In this document: one piece after another, positions 9,840-19,297 of the stretch
Position numbering within the stretch: position 1 is the first letter of the stretch
How the letters are laid out: each line of letters starts with the position of its first letter
Source: Dehalococcoidia bacterium
GTDB lineage: Bacteria; Chloroflexota; Dehalococcoidia; UBA2979
Direction of reading: 5' to 3'
Assembly: GCA_965262725.1 (NCBI GenBank)
Contig: OZ253555.1
Location: forward strand, 1,376,001-1,440,000
DNA: 64,000 bases
Made by a program: the position numbers and the translations under genes
Notes under the pieces: model-generated
What the model was told of the DNA's origin: nothing
The model's database searches: none
What the model saw: only the letters and a program-made list of their open reading frames with translations

Positions 9840-11276
9840 TTAGCGTCCGCCCGCCCCCGGCCCGCTCTTGCCCGGGAGCACCCGCGCCAAAGCCGCCCCG
9901 CCGACGCCGCTCGTGAGGCTCTCCGCCTCCTCCTTTGAGATCCGCCCCTCCGCGACCAGCCGCGCCGCCTGCGACGGCGAGAGCGCCGCCTCGCCCAGCG
10001 CCCCGACCTCGAGCCGGCGCAGGGTCGCGCTGGCTACGAAGACGAGTAGCAGCGTGGCGAGCATCACGACGGCCGTGCCGGCGACGGCGGCCGGCGCACC
10101 GAAGGCGTCGGCCGCCACCGTGACCGGGATCACGCCCAGGGGCATCGCGCCGAACGACATGAGCAGGACTGCCATCACGCGGCCGCGCACCTCGGGGTCG
10201 ACGCTCGCCTGGATCACCGTGTTGTTCGTGGTCATGAAGAGCATGCTCCCGGTGTTGGCGACGGCGAGGAAGATCAGCGCCACCGGGAAGGGGTCGGACG
10301 CGGCGAAGGCGATGAGGAAGGCGCCCATCATGAGGCCGCCGGTGAGCATGATGAGGCCCTTGCGGGGCGCCGCGTCGAGGTTCGCTGCGATCAGGGCGCC
10401 GATGAGGCCGCCCACGCCGGTGCTCGCCGCGAGGATGCCGAGCGCGGTCGAGCTCTCGAACGGGTCGCCGGCGAAGACCTCCTCGGCGATCACCGGCAGC
10501 AGCTGCTGCACGGGGAATGCGAAGAGCGGCATCAGGAGGCCGGCCACGATGAGAAGACGCATCAGCGGCCGGCGCGAGATGTAGGAGAATCCGCCGAGGA
10601 GCTCGGTACGAAGGTCCTTCCGCGGGCCTCTGGAGGCGACCATCCCGTGCGCCGGGAGCTGGAACTCGGAGGCGACCGCCAGTGTGAAGAGGGCGGCGGT
10701 GATGAGGTAGACGCCGCCGACGCCGAGCGGCGCGATCAGGAGCCCCGCCGCCGCCGGACCGAAGATGCGCGTCAGGTTCATTCCGCCCATCTGCAACGAG
10801 ATCGCGTTCATCAGCCGGTGCTGTGGCACCAGCTGCGGGACGATCGCCTGCCGGGCCGGCATGTTGATGGCGAAGACGGCGCCCGTCCCGAGCGCCCCGG
10901 CCACCAAGTGCCAGTACTCGATCCACCCCCCGATCACGAGTATCGCGACGACGAGGTCGCCCGCGGCGGCGACGCTCTGCGTCGCGATCAGGAGGCGGCG
11001 CTTGTCGACGCGGTCGGCGACGACCCCTCCGAACGGTGCCACCACGAGCATCGGCACCGCGATCGCGACGGCGACCACGGCGAGCGAGACCGCCCTCCCT
11101 GTCAGCTCGAAGGCGAGGAAGCCGCGGAGGATGAAGTTCATCTGCATCGCGAGGAAGAAGGCGCTATTGCCGGCGAAGAACCACGCGAAGTCGCGCTCGG
11201 AGAACGCCGCGAACATGCGTATCCGCCCCGGCGTCCGCGGGCCGAGGGGCATCATGCCCGGGGGCGGGCCCATCAT
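9840..11276 (-). CDS. MFS transporter
   Basis: GVVADRVDKRRLL motif A, many hydrophobic segments. Confidence 0.85.
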   Translation of the reverse strand: MMGPPPGMMPLGPRTPGRIRMFAAFSERDFAWFFAGNSAFFLAMQMNFILRGFLAFELTGRAVSLAVVAVAIAVPMLVVAPFGGVVADRVDKRRLLIATQSVAAAGDLVVAILVIGGWIEYWHLVAGALGTGAVFAINMPARQAIVPQLVPQHRLMNAISLQMGGMNLTRIFGPAAAGLLIAPLGVGGVYLITAALFTLAVASEFQLPAHGMVASRGPRKDLRTELLGGFSYISRRPLMRLLIVAGLLMPLFAFPVQQLLPVIAEEVFAGDPFESSTALGILAASTGVGGLIGALIAANLDAAPRKGLIMLTGGLMMGAFLIAFAASDPFPVALIFLAVANTGSMLFMTTNNTVIQASVDPEVRGRVMAVLLMSFGAMPLGVIPVTVAADAFGAPAAVAGTAVVMLATLLLVFVASATLRRLEVGALGEAALSPSQAARLVAEGRISKEEAESLTSGVGGAALARVLPGKSGPGAGGR

Positions 11277-11398
11277 CTAGCGGCCTCTCGCCCGGTGGCC
11301 GCGCCGTTCTGCCGCGAGTTGCGCGGCAGCACCCTGACGTCCACGGGAGAGTTCAGCATACAGCCGCCCGGGCGGAAGCGTCGGCCCCGGATGGAGCG

Positions 11399-12649
11399 CT
11401 ACTCGTAGCGGTCACCGATCGCGCCGGTCTCCCGGAACGCCTCGATCTGCTCGGGCGTGAAGCCGATCTCGGACAGGACCTCGTCGTTGTGCTCGCCGAC
11501 CAGAGCGGTCGGGCGCTCCCAGGCGGGCGGATCGGGCTCGATCCGCCAGAGGAAGCCGCCCATCTGCTTCGGACCGGTCCAGCGGTGGTCGATGGTCTCG
11601 ATCCAGCGCCGGGCTTCGAGCTGGGGAGAGCCGGGGATGTCGGGGGAGCGCACGACGCGCGCGGCGACGGCGCCCGCCGCCTGGACCGCCTCCGCGAGCG
11701 GGCCGCCGGCGAGATCGCCCGTGGCCTCGGCGATCGCCGCGTCGACGGCGTCGCGATGCCGCAGCCGCCCGGGCACGGTGGCCCAGTCGTGCCGCTCCTC
11801 CGCCCACTCGGGGTGGCCGAGTGCGCCCGCGAGCGCCGCCCACTGGTCGTCGTCTGAGGCCACCAGCACCACCCACTCGTCGTCGCCTGAGGCCGGGTAG
11901 ACGCCGTGCGGGACCACGGTCGGCTCGGCGTTCCCGGTTCTGGGCGGGAGGCGGCGGTTCAGCTCCCAGTCGCCGAGGAGTCCGGGAAACTGCCACACGA
12001 GCCCCTCCCACTGCGACAAGTCGACGAAGAGCCCGACCCCGTCGCGGTCCCGCAGCTCGAGGGCGGTCAGGCAGGCGAAGAGCAGCGTCTGGGAGCCCGT
12101 CGCATCGGAGTGCACCGTCGGCGTCACGTCCTCGAACGGGCCGTCGGGATGGCCCCGGATCGCCATGTAGCCGCTGGTCGCGTCGAGGGCGCTGCCCAGC
12201 GCGGAGCGCCCGATGTAGGGCCCGGTCGATCCCCAGCCGGCGAGCGAGACCATCACGAGGCGCGGGTTCAGCTTCCGCGCCTGCTCCCAGCCGAAGCCGA
12301 GTTGCGCGAGCTTCCCGGCGGAGTATCCCTCGAGGAAGAGGTCGGCACCGGCGATGAGGCGCCTGAGCACCTCCGCTCCCCCCCGTGTCCGCACGTCGAG
12401 CGCGACGTTGCGCTTGTTGCGGTTGCCCTGGTGGTGCAGCGCGTCCCGCTCGTAGACGGGTCCGTCGCCGGGCATCGTCGCGGTGCGCGGCGCGACGGGC
12501 CTCGTCATCGAGTGCCGGGGGTAGGACTCGACCTTGACGACGTCCGCACCGAGGTCGCCCATCATCGACGCGCAGACCGGACCGACCCATGCCTCGGTCA
12601 TCTCGACGACGCGCAGCCCCGCGAGCGCTCTGTTCGCCACAGCTATCAC
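11399..12649 (-). CDS. Family III CoA-transferase (catalytic-type subunit)
   Basis: NRNKRNVALD, HSDATG; overlaps upstream paralog by 4 nt. Confidence 0.85.
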   Translation of the reverse strand: MIAVANRALAGLRVVEMTEAWVGPVCASMMGDLGADVVKVESYPRHSMTRPVAPRTATMPGDGPVYERDALHHQGNRNKRNVALDVRTRGGAEVLRRLIAGADLFLEGYSAGKLAQLGFGWEQARKLNPRLVMVSLAGWGSTGPYIGRSALGSALDATSGYMAIRGHPDGPFEDVTPTVHSDATGSQTLLFACLTALELRDRDGVGLFVDLSQWEGLVWQFPGLLGDWELNRRLPPRTGNAEPTVVPHGVYPASGDDEWVVLVASDDDQWAALAGALGHPEWAEERHDWATVPGRLRHRDAVDAAIAEATGDLAGGPLAEAVQAAGAVAARVVRSPDIPGSPQLEARRWIETIDHRWTGPKQMGGFLWRIEPDPPAWERPTALVGEHNDEVLSEIGFTPEQIEAFRETGAIGDRYE

Positions 12650-13833
12650 CCCGCTCCTGTGGCCACCCCCGCCCGCGCGAGCGCCTGCCGCTCCCCGGGC
12701 GTGTAGCCGAGCTCCGCCAGTATTTCGTCCGTGTGCTCGCCGAGCCGCGGGGAGCGGCGCGCGCGCCAGCCATCGTCCTGCTCGCTCCCGACGCCGCCGA
12801 GCCGGAAGGGCGCACCCGCCACCCGCACCGGGCCGACGCCGGGCTGCTCCACCGTGGCGAACGAGCGCCGGGCGCGCGCCTGCGGATCCTCGAGGATCTC
12901 CGAGACGTCGAGCACCGGGGCGGACATCACGCCGTGCGCCTGCAGATCGTCGAACACCTCGCGCCTGGTGTGCGAGCCCAGGTAGCGCTCCAGCCGCCGG
13001 GCCGTCTCCGGCCAGTCATGCGTCTCCTCCCCGGGCGGTGCCGTGCCCAGGAATCGACAGAGGCGCGCGCCCCACGGCTCCGTCAGGCCGAGGATCACGA
13101 AACCGTCGCGGCAGCGATAGGTCCCGGTCACCGGCGCGGTGCCCCGCTTCGGCGGGGCCGAGAGCCGCTCCGTGCCGGTGAAGCTCCAGTTCACGAATCC
13201 CGTGTCGACGTTGCCGAGCACCGCCTCGACGGTGGCGACATCGACGTCGAGGCGCATCCCCTCCCGCCGCCGGGCACGCCAGACGGCGAGCCCGATGGCG
13301 GCCGCTGTGTGCCCCGCCTGCACGACGGCGGCCTGCGGCCCTCGGCGAAGCGGCGCCCGCCCCGGCGGGCCCTGGCGCTGCATGCGCGTGCTCCACGCCA
13401 TCAGCGACAGATCGACCTCGCGCCGGTCGGCGTAGGGGCCGTCGAGACCGTGCGGTGTCAGCCACACGGTGGCGGGACCGCTCGCGGGATCGAGCAGCGC
13501 GCGGAGGCGCGGCACCTCCGGGGCCGGCAGCTCGCCCAGCACGAGCTCGGCCGTCGCGAAGAGGCGGCGGAGCACGTCGCGCCCGGACGCGGTGGCGACG
13601 TCGAGGACGAGGGAGCGCTTGCCCATGCCGAAGGCGAGGTGGAACGCGCCGCGATCGGGATGTGGGCGGTCGTCCGGGAACGGCGGCTGCCGCCTGAGCT
13701 CGCCGCCGCCGGGCGGCTCGACCGCCACGACGTCGGCTCCGAAATCGGCGAAGCTCTTCGTGGCGGCACCCCCGCCGATGCCGCCTCCGAGCTCCACCAC
13801 GCGCGTGCCGACGAGCGGCTGCTCCACCATCAT
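12646..13833 (-). CDS. Family III CoA-transferase (subunit apparently lacking catalytic Asp)
   Basis: GKRSLVLD, PRLGEHT; QAAVVQAG at the expected Asp position. Confidence 0.8.
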   Translation of the reverse strand: MMVEQPLVGTRVVELGGGIGGGAATKSFADFGADVVAVEPPGGGELRRQPPFPDDRPHPDRGAFHLAFGMGKRSLVLDVATASGRDVLRRLFATAELVLGELPAPEVPRLRALLDPASGPATVWLTPHGLDGPYADRREVDLSLMAWSTRMQRQGPPGRAPLRRGPQAAVVQAGHTAAAIGLAVWRARRREGMRLDVDVATVEAVLGNVDTGFVNWSFTGTERLSAPPKRGTAPVTGTYRCRDGFVILGLTEPWGARLCRFLGTAPPGEETHDWPETARRLERYLGSHTRREVFDDLQAHGVMSAPVLDVSEILEDPQARARRSFATVEQPGVGPVRVAGAPFRLGGVGSEQDDGWRARRSPRLGEHTDEILAELGYTPGERQALARAGVATGAG

Positions 13834-13922
13834 GCCTCCGCGCGGCCGCCGTCCGGAGCCGCCCGCCGGTGGACCGGCTGGCGCCCCGATTCGACGGGAT
13901 CGTATCTTCGCACAGGGTGCCC

Positions 13923-13969
13923 CGTCCCACGCGCACCGGGGGCGAATCGCGCCCGGTGCGCGTGGGACG
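13923..13969. repeat. 18-bp perfect inverted repeat abutting the IS630 insertion site
   Basis: cgtcccacgcgcaccggg ... cccggtgcgcgtgggacg followed directly by CTAG. Confidence 0.75.
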
Positions 13970-14587
13970 CTAGTGTCCCGATTCAGGGATGCGCTCTAGA
14001 TATCCGGCGAGGTTGGTGTGTCCCGAAGTCGAAGGGCGGGTGACGTGATGACGTAACCGGTCTGGAGACATGCTCGTCGTTGCCAGCCGGTGCGAGTCCG
14101 GCACGGGTAACTGTCAGGAGGCCCGTTAGCAGGTCGGCGGCGCGGACGGGAAACGGTCCACGTCGAAGCCCGACGTCAAGAGCCCTATCAGGGGGAGCAA
14201 CCAAGCGGTCCGCAGCATCAAGCGAAGCCTGCCGCGTCGTTAACGGATAGTGGAGGAGCCGAGCCCGGCAATTCAGGGCGAAGGCCATGGACGAGGTGAA
14301 GATCCTGAATGCGCGTTGCGCTGCAGCCTCAAGGAACCTCCCGGCGTAAGGGGCGTGGAACGTTTGGAAGGTAGCGACGGGAACGGGAGAAGCCCTCCCC
14401 GGCCCGGCACCCTGCGAGATGGTGTCGGAGCGAGGTGCCCTATAACCGGTCAAAGCCGGGAAGTGGGCAGCTAGCCGGAAGGGTGACGGAGGGGGTCGTA
14501 GTACCGCTTGAGCCGGACGGACAACACAACCGCCGGTGATGGGAAGGACCCCTGCTTTGCTCACGCGTGGGGAGTAGGGATGAATCG

Positions 14588-15131
14588 GTGAGTGCCCAAG
14601 CGGCTAACTCCATCCAAGACAAGGTCCGAACACTACAACGCACGCTTTACCGGGCGGCCAAGGCCGACCCCAATAGACGCTTTCATGCGCTCTACGACAA
14701 GGTTTATCGCAGAGACATTCTGGAGCGCGCGTGGGAGCAGGTGCGTCGCAATCGCGGCGCAGCCGGTATCGACGGCGTCACGCTCGCCGAGGTCGAGCGC
14801 TACGGCGTGGAGCGCCTGCTGGATGAACTGGCCACGGAACTGAAGGAGGGAAGATACCGGGTGCAGCCGAGCCGCCGGGTCTGGATACCCAAGCCCGGTC
14901 GGTCGGAAGAGCGCCCGCTCTCGATTCCTTCGGTCCGCGACCGCATCGTGCAGGCGTCGCTGAAGCTCGTGACGGAGCCGGTCTTCGAGGCCGACTTCCT
15001 GCCATGCAGCTTCGGCTTCCGCCCGAAGCGTTCGGCCCATGACGCCCTGCAGGTCCTCATTGACGAGGCGTGGCGGGGCAGGCGGTGGGTAGTGGAGACG
15101 GACATCGCCTCGTGTTTCGAGTCGATACCGC
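14588..15131 (+). CDS. ltrA: Group II intron RT/maturase, exon 1 (RT0 to RT3)
   Basis: LERAWEQV..NRGAAGIDG, RPLSIPSVRDRIVQ, SFGFRP, DIASCFESIP; start GTG 14588 (or 14567). Confidence 0.9.
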
Positions 15132-15732
15132 GTGCGTCCGGAAGTCGAAGGGGTGGTGACGTGATGACGTGACCGGTCCGGAGACATGCTCGTTGCTGCC
15201 AGCCGGTGAGAGTCCGGCACGGGTAACTGTCAGGAGGCCCGTTAGCAGGTCGGCGGCGTGGACGGGAAACGGTCTGCGTCGAAGCCCGACGTCAAGAGCC
15301 CTATGAGGGGGAGCAAACGTGCGGTCCGCAGCATGACGCGAAGTCTGCCGCGCCGTGAGACTCGCCTGTCTATTGACAGGACCAAGGAGGAGCCGAGCCC
15401 GGGTGGTCAGGGCGAAGGCCATGGACGAGGTGAAGATCCTGGAATGCAGCCTCAAGAAACCTCCCGGCGTATGGGACGTGGAACGTACGGAAGGTAGCGA
15501 CGGGAACCGGAGAAGCCCTCCCCGGCCCGGCACCCTGTGAGAGGGCGTCGGAGCGAGGCGTCCTATAACCGGTCAGAGCCGGGAAGTGGACAGCCAGCCG
15601 GAAGGGTGGCGGAGGGGGTCGTAGTACCGCTGGAGCCGGACGGACAACATAACCGCCGGTGATGGGAAGGACCCCTACTTTGTCCGTGCATGTTGCTGGG
15701 GGTGTGGACTGGTGAGTGCCCCTCGGGGCTAG

Positions 15733-16940
15733 GGGTTCTCTGAACAGGTCGCCGCGTCGTTACTGGAGCACATGCACACTCCGATGACTATATGCGATCA
15801 TGGCACTCCTCCGGGAAAGGGGAGCGCTGCCATGCATCAGCCGACATTCGCGAGAGTCGAGTTCGAGCGGGATGGCTACAAGACGCGCCGCCAGAAGTTC
15901 CTCGAACGGCTGGATGGCCTCGTCCCGTGGCAGAGGTTCGAAGCAGCCATCGAGCCCCACTACCCGAAACCGGGCCGCGGGCGGAGGCCCTACCCGCTCT
16001 CCGTGATGCTGCGCATCCATACCGTGCAACTCTGCTACAACCTCAGCGACCCCGGCATGGAGGATCTGCTCCACGAGGCCGAGTCGGTGCGAGCCTTTTG
16101 CTTCCTCACGCTCTCCGAGCCCATCCCCGACGAGACGACGATCCTCAACTTCCGGCACCTGCTCGAGCGCCACTCCCTGGGTAGCAGGATCCTCCAACTC
16201 ATCAACGAGCACCTCACGAGCAAGGGATTGAAGCTGAGCGAGGGCAGCATCGTGGATGCGACCATCATCTCGGCGCCATCGTCGACGAAGAATCGCGGGC
16301 GGGCGCGGGACCCGGAGATGCATCAGACCAAGAAGGGGAAACAGTGGTTCTTCGGGATGAAGCTGCACATCGGCGCCGACAGGGATACTGGACTGGTCCA
16401 CAACTTCACGACCACGCCTGCGAACGTGTCGGACGTGTCTGAGACGCACCGCCTGCTGCACGGCGAGGAAGCCGAGGTCTACGGCGACGCCGGGTACCGG
16501 GGCGTGCAGAAGAGACCCGAGAACGCGGACTCCAGGGTCAAGGACTGGAACGTGGCGATGCGCCCGGGCCTCCGGCGTGCGCTCGACCCGGAGAGTCCTG
16601 AGGCCGTCGAGGAGAAGCGGAAGGCATCGGTGCGAGCGCTGGTGGAGCACCCGTTCTACAGCGTGAAGCGGCGCTTCGGCTACGCCAAGGTGCGGTACCG
16701 GGGTCTCTTCAAGAACCACGAGCGGTGTGCGGTCTTGCTGGGGTTCCACAACCTGCTCACCGCGAAGCCGCACCGTGCCTGACCGTGGGTGGAGTGCGCC
16801 CTCCCCGCCCCACACGGGGCGAGGAGGGGAGCCACAGGGGCCCGCGAGGGGGCGGATATGACCACTGTCATCGGGAATCCGCCTGAGAGCGCCTGACCGC
16901 GGCGAAACTGGGTCGCTAGACCCACCTGATCAGACTTGCC
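15733..16940 (+). mobile_element. IS5-family element (1208 bp) in domain IV of the inner intron
   Basis: CTAG duplicated (15729-32, 16941-44); single CTAG at the equivalent site in copy 2; imperfect terminal IRs. Confidence 0.95.
15832..16782 (+). CDS. IS5-family transposase
   Basis: IPDETTILNFRHLLE, IVDATII, DPEMHQTKKGKQWFFGMK, YGDAGY, VEHPF. Confidence 0.95.
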   Translation: MHQPTFARVEFERDGYKTRRQKFLERLDGLVPWQRFEAAIEPHYPKPGRGRRPYPLSVMLRIHTVQLCYNLSDPGMEDLLHEAESVRAFCFLTLSEPIPDETTILNFRHLLERHSLGSRILQLINEHLTSKGLKLSEGSIVDATIISAPSSTKNRGRARDPEMHQTKKGKQWFFGMKLHIGADRDTGLVHNFTTTPANVSDVSETHRLLHGEEAEVYGDAGYRGVQKRPENADSRVKDWNVAMRPGLRRALDPESPEAVEEKRKASVRALVEHPFYSVKRRFGYAKVRYRGLFKNHERCAVLLGFHNLLTAKPHRA

Positions 16941-17205
16941 CTAGCAACCACTTGGTAGGGTTCGAGGCTCTCCGCACATGCTGTACCGGCTGGCCAAGGC
17001 ACGACCCACGTTGTGGGGAGCGCTGCATGCCATCTGGTGAAGGGCATCGGTGAGCCGGATGAGGGAGAACCTCACGTCCGGTTCGATGTGGCAGGGGCTG
17101 GAGACGGACGCTGCTATGGCCGTGGAGTTGGGCACCACCGGGAAACCGGCTTGGAACTGATGCGCCACCGCCTACGGCTCGCACCGCGCCAGCCCCTGAC
17201 CCTAC

Positions 17206-17999
17206 ACGACCGTCTGATGACGGCCGTCGAGGAACGGATATGCGACCGCAATCTCCTGAAGCTGGTACGGGCGATGCTGCGTGCCGGTGTGATGGAGTCG
17301 GGGGTCGTGCAGCACAGCGCGACGGGTACGCCGCAGGGCGGGGTGATGTCCCCGCTGCTGGCCAATGTCTACCTGCACCGGTTGGACCGGGACTGGGAGG
17401 CGAAGGGTGATGGCGTGCTGGTGCGCTATGCGGATGACCTCGTGGTGCTCTGCCGGAGCCGGGAGGAAGCGGAGCGGGCGTTGGCCCTGCTGCGTGACCT
17501 GCTGGGTGAGCTCGGACTGGAGCTCAAGGCGGAGAAGACGCGCATCGTGCACCTGCGGGAGGGAGGCGAGGGGCTGGAGTTCCTCGGCTTCGAGCATCGC
17601 TGGGTACGTGCGAAGCGCAACAAGAATATCCAGTTCCTCGCACGCTGGCCCTCACGGCGAGCGATGCAGCGGGCGCGGGACCGCATCCGTGAAATCACGG
17701 CGCGGTTGCGTCTGCTGCTGAGTCCCCGGCAGGTCGTGGAGGAAGTCAATCGCTACCTCCGCGGCTGGATGAGCTACTTCCGCTACGGCAACTCGGCGAG
17801 GGCGTTCGACGTCCTGCACTGGTTTGCCATGTGGAGACTCAAACTCTGGCTGGGGAAGCGGTTGCGTTGGCGGCGACGCCATCGCGGGCACCCGTTTCCC
17901 GTCGCCGACCGTCTGGGGCTCATCTCGCTAGCTGGACAGCGCGTCGTGGCACCACGGCCATATCGACCGTGGCGGGGCACCCCGCATGCCGCCCGGTGA
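17206..17999 (+). CDS. ltrA: Group II intron RT/maturase, exon 2 (RT3-7 plus domain X, no endonuclease)
   Basis: GTPQGGVMSPLLANVYLH, RYADD, FLGF, LRGWMSYF. Confidence 0.92.
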
Positions 18000-18159
18000 A
18001 GGGCATCGGTGAGCCGGATGAGGGAAAACCTCACGTCCGGTTCGAGGCGGCAGGGGCTGGAGACGGACGATGCTACGGCTGTGGAGATGGGCGCCACCGG
18101 GAAACCGGCCTGGCAATATGCGCCACCGCCTACGGCTCGCACCGCGCCAGCCCCTGACC

Positions 18160-19212
18160 CTACTCAAGGATCTGGTCCGCGGACTTGTGCCAGATGAAGG
18201 GCCTCGGATTCTCGTTCCAGCTGGCGACCCACATCTCCACTGAGCGGATCAGATCAGGGACGCTATGGTGCGTGCCGCGCCGGAGCCACTTGCTGGTGAG
18301 CTCTGCAAACCAGCGCTCCACGAGGTTCATCCAGGAGCTGTAGGTCGGCGTGAAATGGAAGGTGAAGCGGGGATGGCGCTGGAGCCAGCGCTGGATGGCG
18401 GGCGTGCGGTGCGTGGAGACGTTGTCGAGCACGACATGCACCGCCAGCTCACGGGGAACGCTTTGGTCGATGAGGGCGAGGAACTGCTGGAACTCCCGAG
18501 CCCGGTGCCGGGGGGTCATCTCCGTGATCACGCATCCCGAGGCGACATCGAGCGCCGCGTAGAGGTTCGTCGTGCCGTGACGGATGTAGTCGTGCGTCTG
18601 GCGGGCGGGGACGCCGGGCATCATCGGCACCGTCGGCGCGGTGCGGTCGAGTGCCTGGATCTGGGTCTTCTCGTCCACGCACAGCACAACCGCCGCGTCG
18701 GGCGGGTTGAGATAGAGCCCGGCCACGTCGCGCACCTTGTCGATGAACTGCGGGTCGGGCGACAGCTTGAAGCTCTCCACGAGGCGCGGCTTCAGGCCGA
18801 AGGCGCGCCAGATCCTGGAGATCCCCGACTGCGACATCCCGAGCGCGGCTGCCATCGATCGGGTCGACCAGTGCGTCGCGTTGGGAGGCTGCTCCTCCAG
18901 CGTCGTGACGATCACCGCTTCCACCTGTGCATCGGCGATCGTGCGCGGCGCCCCGGGGCGCGGCTCATCCTGTAGCCCATCGAGCCGCCCCTGCGCAAAG
19001 CGCCGGCGCCACTTGCCGACGGTGACCGGATGGCAATCGAGCGCCGCGGCGATCGCTTTATTCGATGTCCCCTCGGCCGCTGCCAGGACGATGCGACAGC
19101 GCAGCGCCAGCGCCTGGGCCGATGTCGGCCGGCGCGCCCACCGCTCCAGCGTCTCACGCTCCTCGTCGCTCAGGACGATCGCGACCGTCGGCCGTCCGAT
19201 TCGGATGCTCAT
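18160..19212 (-). CDS. IS630 transposase, last ~15 aa lost through antisense intron insertion
   Basis: CVDEK, VLDN, WMNLVERWF; ends QILE* versus QILDNLAGYLERIPESGH* in the intact copy. Confidence 0.92.
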   Translation of the reverse strand: MSIRIGRPTVAIVLSDEERETLERWARRPTSAQALALRCRIVLAAAEGTSNKAIAAALDCHPVTVGKWRRRFAQGRLDGLQDEPRPGAPRTIADAQVEAVIVTTLEEQPPNATHWSTRSMAAALGMSQSGISRIWRAFGLKPRLVESFKLSPDPQFIDKVRDVAGLYLNPPDAAVVLCVDEKTQIQALDRTAPTVPMMPGVPARQTHDYIRHGTTNLYAALDVASGCVITEMTPRHRAREFQQFLALIDQSVPRELAVHVVLDNVSTHRTPAIQRWLQRHPRFTFHFTPTYSSWMNLVERWFAELTSKWLRRGTHHSVPDLIRSVEMWVASWNENPRPFIWHKSADQILE

Positions 19213-19297
19213 GACACTCCAGAGTCTGCCCCATGGGGCAAAACCCCGCTGTGCCACCATACCCGTTATCTGTCGCTATTACGAATCAGGACACTAG

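Larger units (their letters stand above)
15132..17205 (+). mobile_element. ORF-less group II intron nested in the RT gene (862 nt plus inserted IS5)
   Basis: 5' GUGCG; domains homologous to outer intron; DV 17052-17084; 3' ccctgaccctAC; removal restores RT frame. Confidence 0.93.
14016..18163 (+). mobile_element. Group II intron, outer member of twintron (2074 nt without inserts)
   Basis: 5' GUGUG; domain V gagccggatgagggaaaacctcacgtccggttc 18011-18043; bulged A 18157; 3' end ...cuAC; no target duplication; RT ORF. Confidence 0.95.
13973..19294 (-). mobile_element. IS630-family element interrupted by a group II twintron
   Basis: Ends ctagtgtcccgattc / gaatcaggacactag; joining 14015 to 18164 regenerates the reverse complement of the intact IS630 end at 41521-41605. 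Confidence 0.93.

Noticed and set aside
15760-16815. 351-aa antisense ORF repeated in all IS5 copies
   Set aside because: Shadow of the transposase; it recurs only because the IS copies are nearly identical
17013-17205. N-terminal 64 aa of the 328-aa RT ORF in the track (also 49830-50022)
   Set aside because: It is read-through of inner-intron DV/DVI RNA; true RT sequence resumes at 17206 (50023)
14567-17999. RT as a retron, DGR or CRISPR-associated RT, or as a dead split pseudogene
   Set aside because: It is flanked by group II intron domains, has domain X, has no VR/TR, msr-msd or cas genes nearby, and the frame is restorable by splicing
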